Positions 56,706 through 64,000 of a stretch of 64,000 bases of DNA are shown here, in pieces. The position numbers were made by a program, and so were the translations under genes. The notes below the pieces were generated by a model that saw only the letters and a program-made list of their open reading frames with translations, was not told where the DNA came from and did no database searches. This DNA comes from a phage: the sequence record OZ413489.1. One strand, written 5' to 3'. Position 1 is the first letter of the stretch, and each line of letters starts with the position of its first letter.

Positions 56706-57467
56706 TTAAAGTTCCATAAAGTTTTCTACGGTCTCAATGAATGTTTTATCAGAGAAGGCATCAACCGCACCGTTAAACCAAACTGGGATGCCGCGATCCT
56801 CATACTGGTAAATATCACTACGTGAAATGCCATTCTCCTCTAGATGCTGTGAGTCGTATTTATTAACGATCAGTAGTTTGGTTCCCTTATTGCAGGCAGG
56901 GAATAGCTCCCAGTTAAAATTGATAACTGTGTTGGAACACCCTACAAGGATAACCATATCATTGCTTGTAAGAGAAGTCAACAGGTCATACATGTCTGTA
57001 TACTTCGGAGCTACTTCTCCGAAGAACACCACATTAGGTTTAACCCAGGTATACTTTCCTGCATCTACCTCAGAGTATCCAATGTCCTTAATGACGTCAC
57101 TTCCTTCATCGTCCTCATAGACTATTTCTGGCAAATACCCGTGAACATGTAAAATATCTTCATGTTTTACACCAGCACGCTCCAGCAAATCATCTACATT
57201 GGTGGTAAGGTTGATCACACGACCAGACCAGCGGGAATACCACTCAGCGATCCGAAGATGTGCAAGGTTAGGCTCAACACCGCCTAGAGCTACACGACGT
57301 GCATTGTAAAAGTCATGCACCTTGTAGTAGTTCTTGGCAAAGGTGTGGATGTTGCACACCTCATCGATGCTGAAATTCTCCCACATTGCAGTGCTACCAG
57401 ATCGGAAAGTGGGAATACCAGATTCAGCGCTCAAACCAGCACCGGAGATAATAATCAGTCGTCGCAT
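56706..57467 (-). CDS. Sir2-family (sirtuin-like) NAD-dependent protein
   Basis: GAGLSAESGIPTFR, TTNVDDL and HG motifs match Sir2/CobB; no Zn-ribbon Cys pairs seen. Confidence 0.7.
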   Translation of the reverse strand: MRRLIIISGAGLSAESGIPTFRSGSTAMWENFSIDEVCNIHTFAKNYYKVHDFYNARRVALGGVEPNLAHLRIAEWYSRWSGRVINLTTNVDDLLERAGVKHEDILHVHGYLPEIVYEDDEGSDVIKDIGYSEVDAGKYTWVKPNVVFFGEVAPKYTDMYDLLTSLTSNDMVILVGCSNTVINFNWELFPACNKGTKLLIVNKYDSQHLEENGISRSDIYQYEDRGIPVWFNGAVDAFSDKTFIETVENFMEL

Positions 57468-57475
57468 AAGTGTCC

Positions 57476-57826
57476 TCAGTAGATGTTTTGTTTAATCTCT
57501 ATTCCAAACTTTTTAAACGAGTCAGCTGCAAGCATGAATTTACGAGCCGCTGATGGGTTAGAAGTATGCACGAAAATCTTCACGTTGTCAACTACAGGGG
57601 GCTTACCAAATACAAATTTTTCCTCCAACATAGATAGGCAATCGTACCCTTCGAACACCTCTCCAAGGTCGTTGTCCATGTGCCACTCAGAAACGCGTCT
57701 GTAGAGCTTTCCCCTATCGTTAATAAAATCTATAAACTCGGAGGAATTCTTTAGCCAAATAGCGTCTGGGAGCCCATAATTTGACGGATCTCTCAAGTCA
57801 TCCAGCCACACAATCAACTTCTTCAT
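57476..57826 (-). CDS. hypothetical protein
   Basis: 116-aa ORF between Sir2 and RNA ligase. Confidence 0.55.
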   Translation of the reverse strand: MKKLIVWLDDLRDPSNYGLPDAIWLKNSSEFIDFINDRGKLYRRVSEWHMDNDLGEVFEGYDCLSMLEEKFVFGKPPVVDNVKIFVHTSNPSAARKFMLAADSFKKFGIEIKQNIY

Positions 57827-58758
57827 TGCATATAGTTCTCGTTGTGGAAATAGTAATCAAGTATCTCACGGCGTTCCTGCTCCAGGAGGCAGTTCCACAC
57901 ATCTTCTGTGTAATTGTTACGAATGAAGTTTACCATGCCGTAAAACTCTTCGTCAACACGTTTAAAGATATCATCATCCCAAATCCTCCAAGCTTTACCC
58001 CTCATTACGGCCTTCCGTGCCAGGTAGTATGGAGACTTGATCTTCAGCTGCAGGTCATAAGGGTAGTAAGGCTTACGGATCATATACCCTTCGCCCCTTG
58101 TTTCTGCGGCTAATTCTTTTGCATAGCTGAACGGGATTTCACGCACAGTGTGAGGACGTTTTGCACCAAGGTATTTGGCAATCCCATCTAAAGCTGCTTC
58201 TGGTAGCATTATTCCAGAATCATTATATCTGCAACCTATCAAATATGCGCCATGGTCTTCTTGAACAATATGCGGATCTGAAGGGTGACAAATTTCAAAC
58301 ATGAATGTCATGTTTTCATTGCCCATAACCTTCTTGATAAGATCTAAATTACCACATTGCTCTTGGATGGTTTCCTTTGCAAGGTTACAATATGGAGAAT
58401 CAAGAGACCCGGTTGTTGAGAACAATAGGTCACCTTTATGAGATGATACCACACCAAGGAATCCGTTCTTTTTCTCTACCGCAGTCACAAGCTTATTGTC
58501 AGGCAGGTTGGTGGAGTTTTCTCCCAAGTTAAACACTTTTGTGAAGGGCCATGCCACAACATTTCCTTCATTACCTACAACAATGCCTCGACACTCCAGT
58601 AAACGAGGGGACAAATGCCATAAATTGTTGTAAAATACTTTTCTAGCATATTTATAGATCTTTAACCCAAGATCCGGGTAATATCTACTGGTTACAAGAC
58701 CTTTGTCAACTAGGTCGTCTGCATTAAAATACTTCATCATACGTTCCTCATTTGTCAT
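57823..58758 (-). CDS. RNA ligase, T4 RnlA (Rnl1)-like
   Basis: LLECRGIVVG...KVFNLGEN resembles T4 Rnl1 (ALECRGIMFE...FFNLNENP); nucleotidyltransferase motif EKKNG. Confidence 0.6.
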   Translation of the reverse strand: MTNEERMMKYFNADDLVDKGLVTSRYYPDLGLKIYKYARKVFYNNLWHLSPRLLECRGIVVGNEGNVVAWPFTKVFNLGENSTNLPDNKLVTAVEKKNGFLGVVSSHKGDLLFSTTGSLDSPYCNLAKETIQEQCGNLDLIKKVMGNENMTFMFEICHPSDPHIVQEDHGAYLIGCRYNDSGIMLPEAALDGIAKYLGAKRPHTVREIPFSYAKELAAETRGEGYMIRKPYYPYDLQLKIKSPYYLARKAVMRGKAWRIWDDDIFKRVDEEFYGMVNFIRNNYTEDVWNCLLEQERREILDYYFHNENYMQ

Positions 58759-58801
58759 TTTGTCAGTCTATCCTGCCACACAAATAACCTAGTGTCAACA
58801 C

Positions 58802-58830
58802 TTGAAATTAACAAAACAGTTAGGTATACT
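58802..58830 (+). promoter_or_regulatory. sigma70-like promoter (ttgaaa-17-tatact)
   Basis: In the divergent intergenic region upstream of the kinase gene. Confidence 0.5.
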
Positions 58831-58858
58831 ATCGTTGAAATTAAAACGGAGTATTACT

Positions 58859-59269
58859 ATGTCTAAAATGCTATATATCGTGCGTGGTCTACCAGGGTCT
58901 GGCAAATCAACACTGGCAAATGCGCTATCTTTAGAAGGTCTGTATCCACATTTTGAGAACGACATGTTCTGGTACGACGATGATGGAAATTACAACTGGG
59001 ATGCAAGTAAAGTAACACTTGCAGCAAAATGGTGCAAAGATAACGTAGAAGATATGATGCGTATGGGATACGACCGTATCGTGGTAAGTAATACGTTTAC
59101 AAAAGAAAAATATGTGCAAGAATATATTGACATGGCGATCAGTCATGGGTATAGTTATACCGTGATCGTGGTTGAAAACCGCCATGGTAATAAAAGCATT
59201 CATGATGTTCCAGACAGGGTTGTGGATCGTATGGAACGCCAGCTTAAAAACTGCATTAAACTTAAATGA
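58859..59269 (+). CDS. P-loop polynucleotide 5'-kinase-like protein
   Basis: Walker A RGLPGSGKST; layout similar to the T4 Pnk kinase domain; track start 58802 lies in the promoter. Confidence 0.55.
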   Translation: MSKMLYIVRGLPGSGKSTLANALSLEGLYPHFENDMFWYDDDGNYNWDASKVTLAAKWCKDNVEDMMRMGYDRIVVSNTFTKEKYVQEYIDMAISHGYSYTVIVVENRHGNKSIHDVPDRVVDRMERQLKNCIKLK

Positions 59270-59276
59270 GGAATGT

Positions 59277-59831
59277 ATGAAATACTTTGTAACAAGCGAC
59301 ACACACTTTCTCCACCAGCGGGTCATGGAGTTCGATTCATGTCAAAAACACAGATCTCAGTATGATCACAATCTTGACAGTATGAATGCGGGAATCATCG
59401 CCGAGTGGAACTCTGTTGTGTCACCTGCAGACACTGTGTTCCACTTGGGAGATATTGCGTGCACTAATGATAAGAATATCAACAACTTACTTCCAGATAT
59501 TCTAAATATGTTGAACGGACATATTATTCTTGTTCGTGGCAACCATGACACAAGGACGACTGTCAGAATTATGAAAGAGTTCGGTCATGAGGTTGTAGAT
59601 TATTACGAGCTTCGCCACAACAAGAATTTGATCTGTATGAGCCATTACCAATTTGCAAAGTGGAACAGAAAGCCTCACGGATCAGTCCAACTGTTCGGTC
59701 ATGCTCACGGAACCACACAACAGTTGTTTGGCAGGCAGCTTGATGTCGGTTGGGATGTGTGGGGGAGACTCTTACCATTAGAAGAGGCATACCGTATTGC
59801 AATGAGTTTTGCTATTGACAGCGGGGAGTAA
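59277..59831 (+). CDS. calcineurin-like metallophosphoesterase
   Basis: VTSDTHF, HLGDI and GNHDT phosphoesterase motifs; start at MKYFVTSD. Confidence 0.7.
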   Translation: MKYFVTSDTHFLHQRVMEFDSCQKHRSQYDHNLDSMNAGIIAEWNSVVSPADTVFHLGDIACTNDKNINNLLPDILNMLNGHIILVRGNHDTRTTVRIMKEFGHEVVDYYELRHNKNLICMSHYQFAKWNRKPHGSVQLFGHAHGTTQQLFGRQLDVGWDVWGRLLPLEEAYRIAMSFAIDSGE

Positions 59832-59878
59832 TCCCTGCTATTTTAAAGAAAATTGCCACACAAGGAGAATCAGGAGAT

Positions 59879-60229
59879 ATGAAAGATGGGGATAAGCTGC
59901 TATATCTTAAAGTCCCCCTTGAAATACTGTCTATGTCAAAAGTTTTGAATGACACAACTGGAGAGGTTGTTGTTCTTGACTTGTATGACAAGATCGTATA
60001 CTGCTACCTGCACAACTGGTATAAGCTTGGAGGAAATTCACGCTTCACACCCAGCACAAGGAAAATTGCAGCAGATGTTGGGATAAAGAAAACAAAAGCA
60101 GCAGCGTGCGTTAAAACTTTAGAGTGTGCAGGGGTGGTTGAAACATCCACACAAGGGAGAGGTAAAAGATGCACATTTTCCAAAGTTTTGCCACCAGAAG
60201 AAGTTATTCGGATGTCAACAACTGGTTAG
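59879..60229 (+). CDS. winged-helix DNA-binding protein (replication-organizer or repressor-like)
   Basis: PSTRKIAADVGIKKTKAAACVKTLECAGVVE resembles HTH of phage replication initiators; operator array immediately downstream. Confidence 0.5.
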   Translation: MKDGDKLLYLKVPLEILSMSKVLNDTTGEVVVLDLYDKIVYCYLHNWYKLGGNSRFTPSTRKIAADVGIKKTKAAACVKTLECAGVVETSTQGRGKRCTFSKVLPPEEVIRMSTTG

Positions 60230-60288
60230 ACCAGTAAAAACTTAAATATCTGTACTATAAGGATTCGTATGTTTTATGTTCGCCATGG

Positions 60289-60386
60289 AACGGATACTAT
60301 TAACTGTCCGTGATACGGACACTACTGTCCGTCACGCGGACACATCTGCCCGTAATACGGACACTAACTGTCCGTGATACGGACAC
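60289..60386 (+). promoter_or_regulatory. array of four palindromic operators (ctgtccgt-N3-acggacac)
   Basis: Copies at 60304-60322, 60325-60343, 60346-60364, 60368-60386; 21-22 bp centre-to-centre. Confidence 0.7.
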
Positions 60387-60529
60387 ATAAAGAATATAAC
60401 TAAAATAACTAAATAATAAAAAATAAAAGATCTAGTACTTATGGTACTAAGTACATATACTTAACTTATGTAGAATATACTAGATCCTAAGTACCATGTT
60501 TTAAATTTATTACTTACTATGGGCAGTGT

Positions 60530-60790
60530 CGGCCCTTCATTGGCACTCGCCTACGAGGGGCGAGATGCCGTGCCTCCTTGGTGTACACAATAACAGAAGT
60601 GCATACATGCAGGTCTGTTAACATGTGTGGGAGCGAAGCGATAGCGCAGGCCAAAGGCCGAGCACTGCTGTGGACCACCGACGAAAGCTTGCCAGCGCCG
60701 TAAGGAGTCGGTTGAGAGTCTCCCGCGCGAGCTTGGATGAAGTTTATGTGTGGAAACTGACAAGAAGGTCCCTAAATCGCTCCACAGCCA
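60530..60790 (+). other. GC-rich hairpin-dense island; candidate structured RNA or leader
   Basis: Sharp composition shift; multiple stem-loops; only ORF is antisense and non-protein-like. Confidence 0.3.
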
Positions 60791-60889
60791 TGTAAACTAT
60801 ACCAAGTAAGGCAATCGCACCAGTTTGATAGAAAAGCTCGTTACAAAGCGATACAGTGAGTTTTTCTATAACTTGAAGAGGAGGCAGCT

Positions 60890-61468
60890 ATGAGTCCACG
60901 CAAAGATGACCGTGAAAAGATTGCAAAACGTTATCAGAATGAAGAACAGATGGAGAAAACTTTCAAGTGGAAGCCAGGTTTCCAGCGTAATCATTCTAAC
61001 GCTCGTGATCGTAAGCATCCGGATAAGTGGTTAACACCGCCAAATGATGGCATGCAGGTTGGGGATGAGAAGGAGCTGTCACCTGGAAAAGATGGCAACT
61101 ACATTCGCACTAAGGAAGCAGGTCCAAAGGATGACAGCTATCTTGTAGATAAGGTTCTTGATGGTATTGATGTAGATGTTGACACTGCACGAAACCTTTT
61201 TCTTGGTTGGTATCGTACAGGGTTTTTCGACATCAAGGCTATTCGTCGTGTTTGTGATATTAAAAAGTCTGCATATGATGATGACTCTCTACATCGCACT
61301 CTGAGACAATGCTCAGAGAGATACGGTCATCCAGTTATCACTCTTGACGATATTAACGAAGTGATGTATCATGCAGAGGTTGTTGCAGGTAGATTCGGTG
61401 ATGCATATCTCGGTATTCTTTCTGCAAAAGATGAGGTAATGTTAAATAAAATTTACTATGAACGCTGA
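60890..61468 (+). CDS. hypothetical protein
   Basis: 192-aa ORF, RBS gaggagg. Confidence 0.65.
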   Translation: MSPRKDDREKIAKRYQNEEQMEKTFKWKPGFQRNHSNARDRKHPDKWLTPPNDGMQVGDEKELSPGKDGNYIRTKEAGPKDDSYLVDKVLDGIDVDVDTARNLFLGWYRTGFFDIKAIRRVCDIKKSAYDDDSLHRTLRQCSERYGHPVITLDDINEVMYHAEVVAGRFGDAYLGILSAKDEVMLNKIYYER

Positions 61469-61667
61469 GGAGCGCTTAATGAACAACCCGGTAGCAAAGA
61501 ACTGTAATAAGTTCAACAAGTCTGCAATTCACACTGACAGGAAAAAGAGCTGGTCTCCTGACATTGACGAGGAGCTTGAGAGTTACTTTGAAGACCTGGT
61601 CACTAATGCAGATGAGGTTGCGATTAAAGAATACGCAGACAGGAAGGATAAGGCCGGAATCTGTTGA
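61458..61667 (+). CDS. hypothetical protein
   Basis: 69-aa ORF. Confidence 0.5.
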   Translation: MNAEERLMNNPVAKNCNKFNKSAIHTDRKKSWSPDIDEELESYFEDLVTNADEVAIKEYADRKDKAGIC

Positions 61668-61743
61668 CAAAAATAGTGTTACCTGATAAGATCTGCAATA
61701 TGATGTGATGCAATTTTAACTTACGAGGTCTACAGGTAATGCT

Positions 61744-61986
61744 ATGTTTAAGGTTAAGCTCGTTTTTCGTTCCATGAATGAGGATTATTTAGAAGATGAA
61801 GGTGAATTTCGTGCACTGGATGATGCAATAGATTTTGCCAACGACTTAGCTTGTATGAATACAGGTTATGGGCTATGTTGTTGGGATGGTGGTGTTCAGA
61901 TCGGTGATAGCAAGATCTTCTACTTCTACCCTGAGCCTGATAACAAACAAATTAAGTATGTTTTATTTATTTGTGCTTTACAATGA
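61744..61986 (+). CDS. hypothetical protein
   Basis: 80-aa ORF. Confidence 0.55.
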   Translation: MFKVKLVFRSMNEDYLEDEGEFRALDDAIDFANDLACMNTGYGLCCWDGGVQIGDSKIFYFYPEPDNKQIKYVLFICALQ

Positions 61987-62039
61987 GGTTGTTTTCGTGT
62001 ATCATGATGAATATCCAATTTAAAGATGAATTTGATGGC

Positions 62040-62300
62040 TTTATCTCTGGATGCTTTGAAACAGGGTTCGGAGAAGACTGAGTTCCCCTTAGAGGGCTTG
62101 ATAGTGCACCACACTTAAAATGGTAGGGGCAGCCAGCACATGACGATGTGACCCCAGCCAACCTGTAACAAGGTCGAGCCGAAGCGCGGGTAATAGGCCT
62201 CTGGTAACCCACTTGTTGGGTCTTGCTGGCCCAGGACGCTGGACAAGTCGCAGGGAATACCACCCTGCGGCGAACTTGACAATCAGTATTTGCTATGATA
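62040..62300 (+). other. GC-rich island; candidate structured RNA or leader
   Basis: Composition shift; stem-loops; in-frame extension upstream of ATG 62333 looks non-coding. Confidence 0.3.
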
Positions 62301-62332
62301 AAATCCACCTATCACGTGATAATGGAGGAAAC

Positions 62333-62671
62333 ATGGCGGATACAACTAAAAAGCGTCGCCGTAGAGGCAGACCTCTGAAAGAGGAGTCCAACGCCATTCA
62401 GCTAGAGAAGAACATCCTTGATATGAAGGAATCTTTTATAGCGATGGTTCCAGAAGCTCACAAAGTTTTAAGAGAGCTGATGTTGGACCCGAAAACCAAA
62501 CAAAATATTCGTCAAAGCATTGCAGAGTATGTTCTTGATAAGGCAGACCGAATGCAGGAAGAATATGATGAGATGTTTGGTGAAGAGGAAGAGGTGGTAG
62601 TGGAAGAGGCTGAAAAACCAGCACCTTTTATGCCATTTACTACAGAAATACAGCCTGTTAGCAATAGCTAA
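62333..62671 (+). CDS. AT-hook-like basic/acidic DNA-binding protein
   Basis: N-terminal KKRRRRGRPLKE (RGRP AT-hook core) and acidic C-terminus; RBS ggagga. Confidence 0.55.
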   Translation: MADTTKKRRRRGRPLKEESNAIQLEKNILDMKESFIAMVPEAHKVLRELMLDPKTKQNIRQSIAEYVLDKADRMQEEYDEMFGEEEEVVVEEAEKPAPFMPFTTEIQPVSNS

Positions 62672-62680
62672 AATATTTTC

Positions 62681-62709
62681 TTGACAAACTTTGCTTAACA
62701 GTGTAATAT
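62681..62709 (+). promoter_or_regulatory. sigma70-like promoter upstream of tRNA cluster (ttgaca-17-taatat)
   Basis: Hexamers at 62681-62686 and 62704-62709. Confidence 0.55.
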
Positions 62710-62767
62710 TGTAAACATGGTCTCCCACCTTTTCTGGCGGCTAAGGTGTAAAAGAAAGCCACCCAGT

Positions 62768-62842
62768 GCCCTGTTAGCTTAGTGGATAAAGCAGCGGCCT
62801 TCTAAGCCGTTGACACTGGTTCGAGTCCAGTACGGGGTGCCA
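62768..62842 (+). tRNA. tRNA-Arg (anticodon UCU)
   Basis: Cloverleaf folded by hand; loop cttctaa; TTCGAGT T-loop; encoded CCA. Confidence 0.75.
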
Positions 62843-62846
62843 AATT

Positions 62847-62933
62847 GGGGAGTTATCCCGTAGAGGTAGCGGTGTAGACTGTAAATCTATTGTCATTGCG
62901 ACTCGGGTGGTTCGACTCCACCACTCCCCACCA
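62847..62933 (+). tRNA. tRNA-Tyr (anticodon GUA), long variable arm
   Basis: Perfect acceptor ggggagt/actcccc; loop ctgtaaa; encoded CCA. Confidence 0.75.
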
Positions 62934-63047
62934 AATTTATATTTTTAGATGCATAAATAATACAGATAATGGCATTGATATTTATCGTCGTTTATACTAG
63001 TCACTAACTGCTCGAAAATCAGTGTCATTATCAGTATAATTTATAAA

Positions 63048-63138
63048 GGAGGGTAGGGAGCAATGGTGCTCAAGCGGTCTTGAAAACCGTCCCGTTGAGG
63101 ATGACTCGATGATGGTTCGATTCCATTACTCTCCGCCA
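63048..63138 (+). tRNA. tRNA-Ser (anticodon UGA), long variable arm
   Basis: Anticodon arm gcggt-cttgaaa-accgt close to E. coli tRNA-Ser(UGA); encoded CCA. Confidence 0.7.
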
Positions 63139-63236
63139 CATTGTTGACCTTGTAATTAAGCGAAAGCCGGAAGCAGAACCGGATTATCAAATGTTACAGT
63201 CGTCATCGCCGACTAGCAACATGGTCAACATGCTGA

Positions 63237-63335
63237 GCTAGGTAAGCCCTTTGGCAAGGGCGAGGATTTTTAATCCTGAAAATAGACGAGGTAGTCGTTG
63301 AATACATAGGTGGTTCGATTCCATCACCTAGCACC
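63237..63335 (+). tRNA. tRNA-like gene with aberrant anticodon arm
   Basis: Acceptor gctaggt/acctagc, D-arm and T-arm fold; anticodon region is either a 5-nt loop or a 4-bp stem with loop tttttaa; 3' end is CC then T. Confidence 0.35.
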
Positions 63336-63340
63336 TTTTT

Positions 63341-63416
63341 GCTGATGTAGCACAATCGGTAGTGCAATTGATTTGTAATCAATAGGTTGTAGGTTCAAAT
63401 CCTGCCATCAGCACCA
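63341..63416 (+). tRNA. tRNA-Thr (anticodon UGU)
   Basis: Perfect acceptor gctgatg/catcagc; loop tttgtaa; encoded CCA. Confidence 0.8.
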
Positions 63417-63417
63417 A

Positions 63418-63492
63418 GGCCCTGTAGCTGGAAGGTTCAAGCAAGCGACTCATAATCGCCAGACGGTGGTTCAATTCCACCCAGGGCCACCA
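63418..63492 (+). tRNA. tRNA-Met (anticodon CAU; could be Ile-lysidine type)
   Basis: Perfect acceptor ggccctg/cagggcc; loop ctcataa; encoded CCA. Confidence 0.75.
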
Positions 63493-63503
63493 AATAGTAA
63501 ATA

Positions 63504-63580
63504 CTCCGCGTAGCTCAGCTTGGTAGAGCGCCTGATTTGGGATCAGGAGGTCGAGTGTTCGAATCACTTCGTGGAGACCA
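63504..63580 (+). tRNA. tRNA-Pro (anticodon UGG)
   Basis: Anticodon arm cctga-tttggga-tcagg; canonical D-arm; encoded CCA. Confidence 0.75.
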
Positions 63581-63626
63581 CTTTCAGTTATACTTTAAAC
63601 ATATATAAACAAAAGGAACCTTTAAA

Positions 63627-63896
63627 ATGTATACACTTAAAATTGTAGAGCGTGTAAATCCAACCCATACTGTAGATTTTCGTGACGATTTCAATCCTCT
63701 GGCTGTAAATCTTCGAGAGTCATATCATGAACTCAGCTGCGATGCAGTGGTGGTCTTTTTTGAAGACAACTCTGAAGGGGCGGTAGCTTGTGTTGTTGAT
63801 AGTGAGCAGAAGTTTTATATTTACAGAGATGTAGATGCATACTTGATGAATGAAAACGCAGTTACTGTTAGAATCATCCACCGAGTGCCTCGATAA
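63627..63896 (+). CDS. hypothetical protein
   Basis: 89-aa ORF, RBS aaaggaacc. Confidence 0.6.
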   Translation: MYTLKIVERVNPTHTVDFRDDFNPLAVNLRESYHELSCDAVVVFFEDNSEGAVACVVDSEQKFYIYRDVDAYLMNENAVTVRIIHRVPR

Positions 63897-63949
63897 GTAT
63901 TAGTCTCCTTTTAGTTAGTTTCGATCTATTTAGGTTACTCAATTTTAAC

Positions 63950-63986
63950 CCGCCCCGTTAGCTGTATAGCTGCGGGGTTTTTTCGT
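63950..63986 (+). terminator. intrinsic terminator
   Basis: ccccg...cgggg stem followed by ttttttcg. Confidence 0.6.
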
Positions 63987-64000
63987 TTCTGGAGCCTTAA

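Noticed and set aside
60551-60763. 70-aa minus-strand ORF inside the GC-rich island
   Set aside because: Antisense to the local + strand block; translation is Ser/Arg/Gly/Cys-rich and non-protein-like.
61967-62308. 113-aa minus-strand ORF inside the second GC-rich island
   Set aside because: Antisense, no RBS, low-complexity translation.
1-64000. Prophage or integrated element
   Set aside because: No integrase, att-like tRNA junction or host genes in the window; gene content fits a virulent phage.

Overview
The window reads as the early and DNA-metabolism region of a large virulent tailed phage of a Gram-negative host. No integrase, transposase or host housekeeping genes are visible. It has three transcription blocks. 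Block 1 (1-18256, + strand) holds about 45 small ORFs, many with their own near-consensus sigma70-type promoter, plus a macro-domain protein and an SSB-like protein. Within it, a cassette array (10.4-18.2 kb) is bounded by GC-rich non-coding segments that share an exact 23-nt inverted repeat, and is punctuated by four copies of a conserved promoter-stem-loop module. Block 2 (20824-58758, - strand) encodes NrdA/NrdB/glutaredoxin, NrdD/NrdG, ThyX, dNMP kinase, a HAD 5'-nucleotidase, PhoH, a ClpP-like peptidase, two N6-adenine methyltransferases, Endo VII and RuvC-like resolvases, a FEN-family nuclease, a DnaQ-like exonuclease, ATP-dependent DNA ligase, lambda-R-like endolysin, HNH endonucleases, a Sir2-like protein, an RnlA-like RNA ligase and an HPF/RaiA ribosome hibernation factor homolog. 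Block 3 (58859-63986, + strand) encodes a P-loop polynucleotide kinase, a metallophosphoesterase, a winged-helix protein followed by a four-copy palindromic operator array, and six tRNAs plus one aberrant tRNA-like gene. The most unusual part is a 2.6-kb ORF-free, repeat-dense region (18.2-20.8 kb) between the convergent blocks. The strongest candidates for something undescribed are this repeat hub, the inverted-repeat-bounded cassette array and two GC-rich structured islands near the tRNAs; none could be resolved to a named system from sequence alone. All functional calls rest on motifs recognised by eye, not on database searches.
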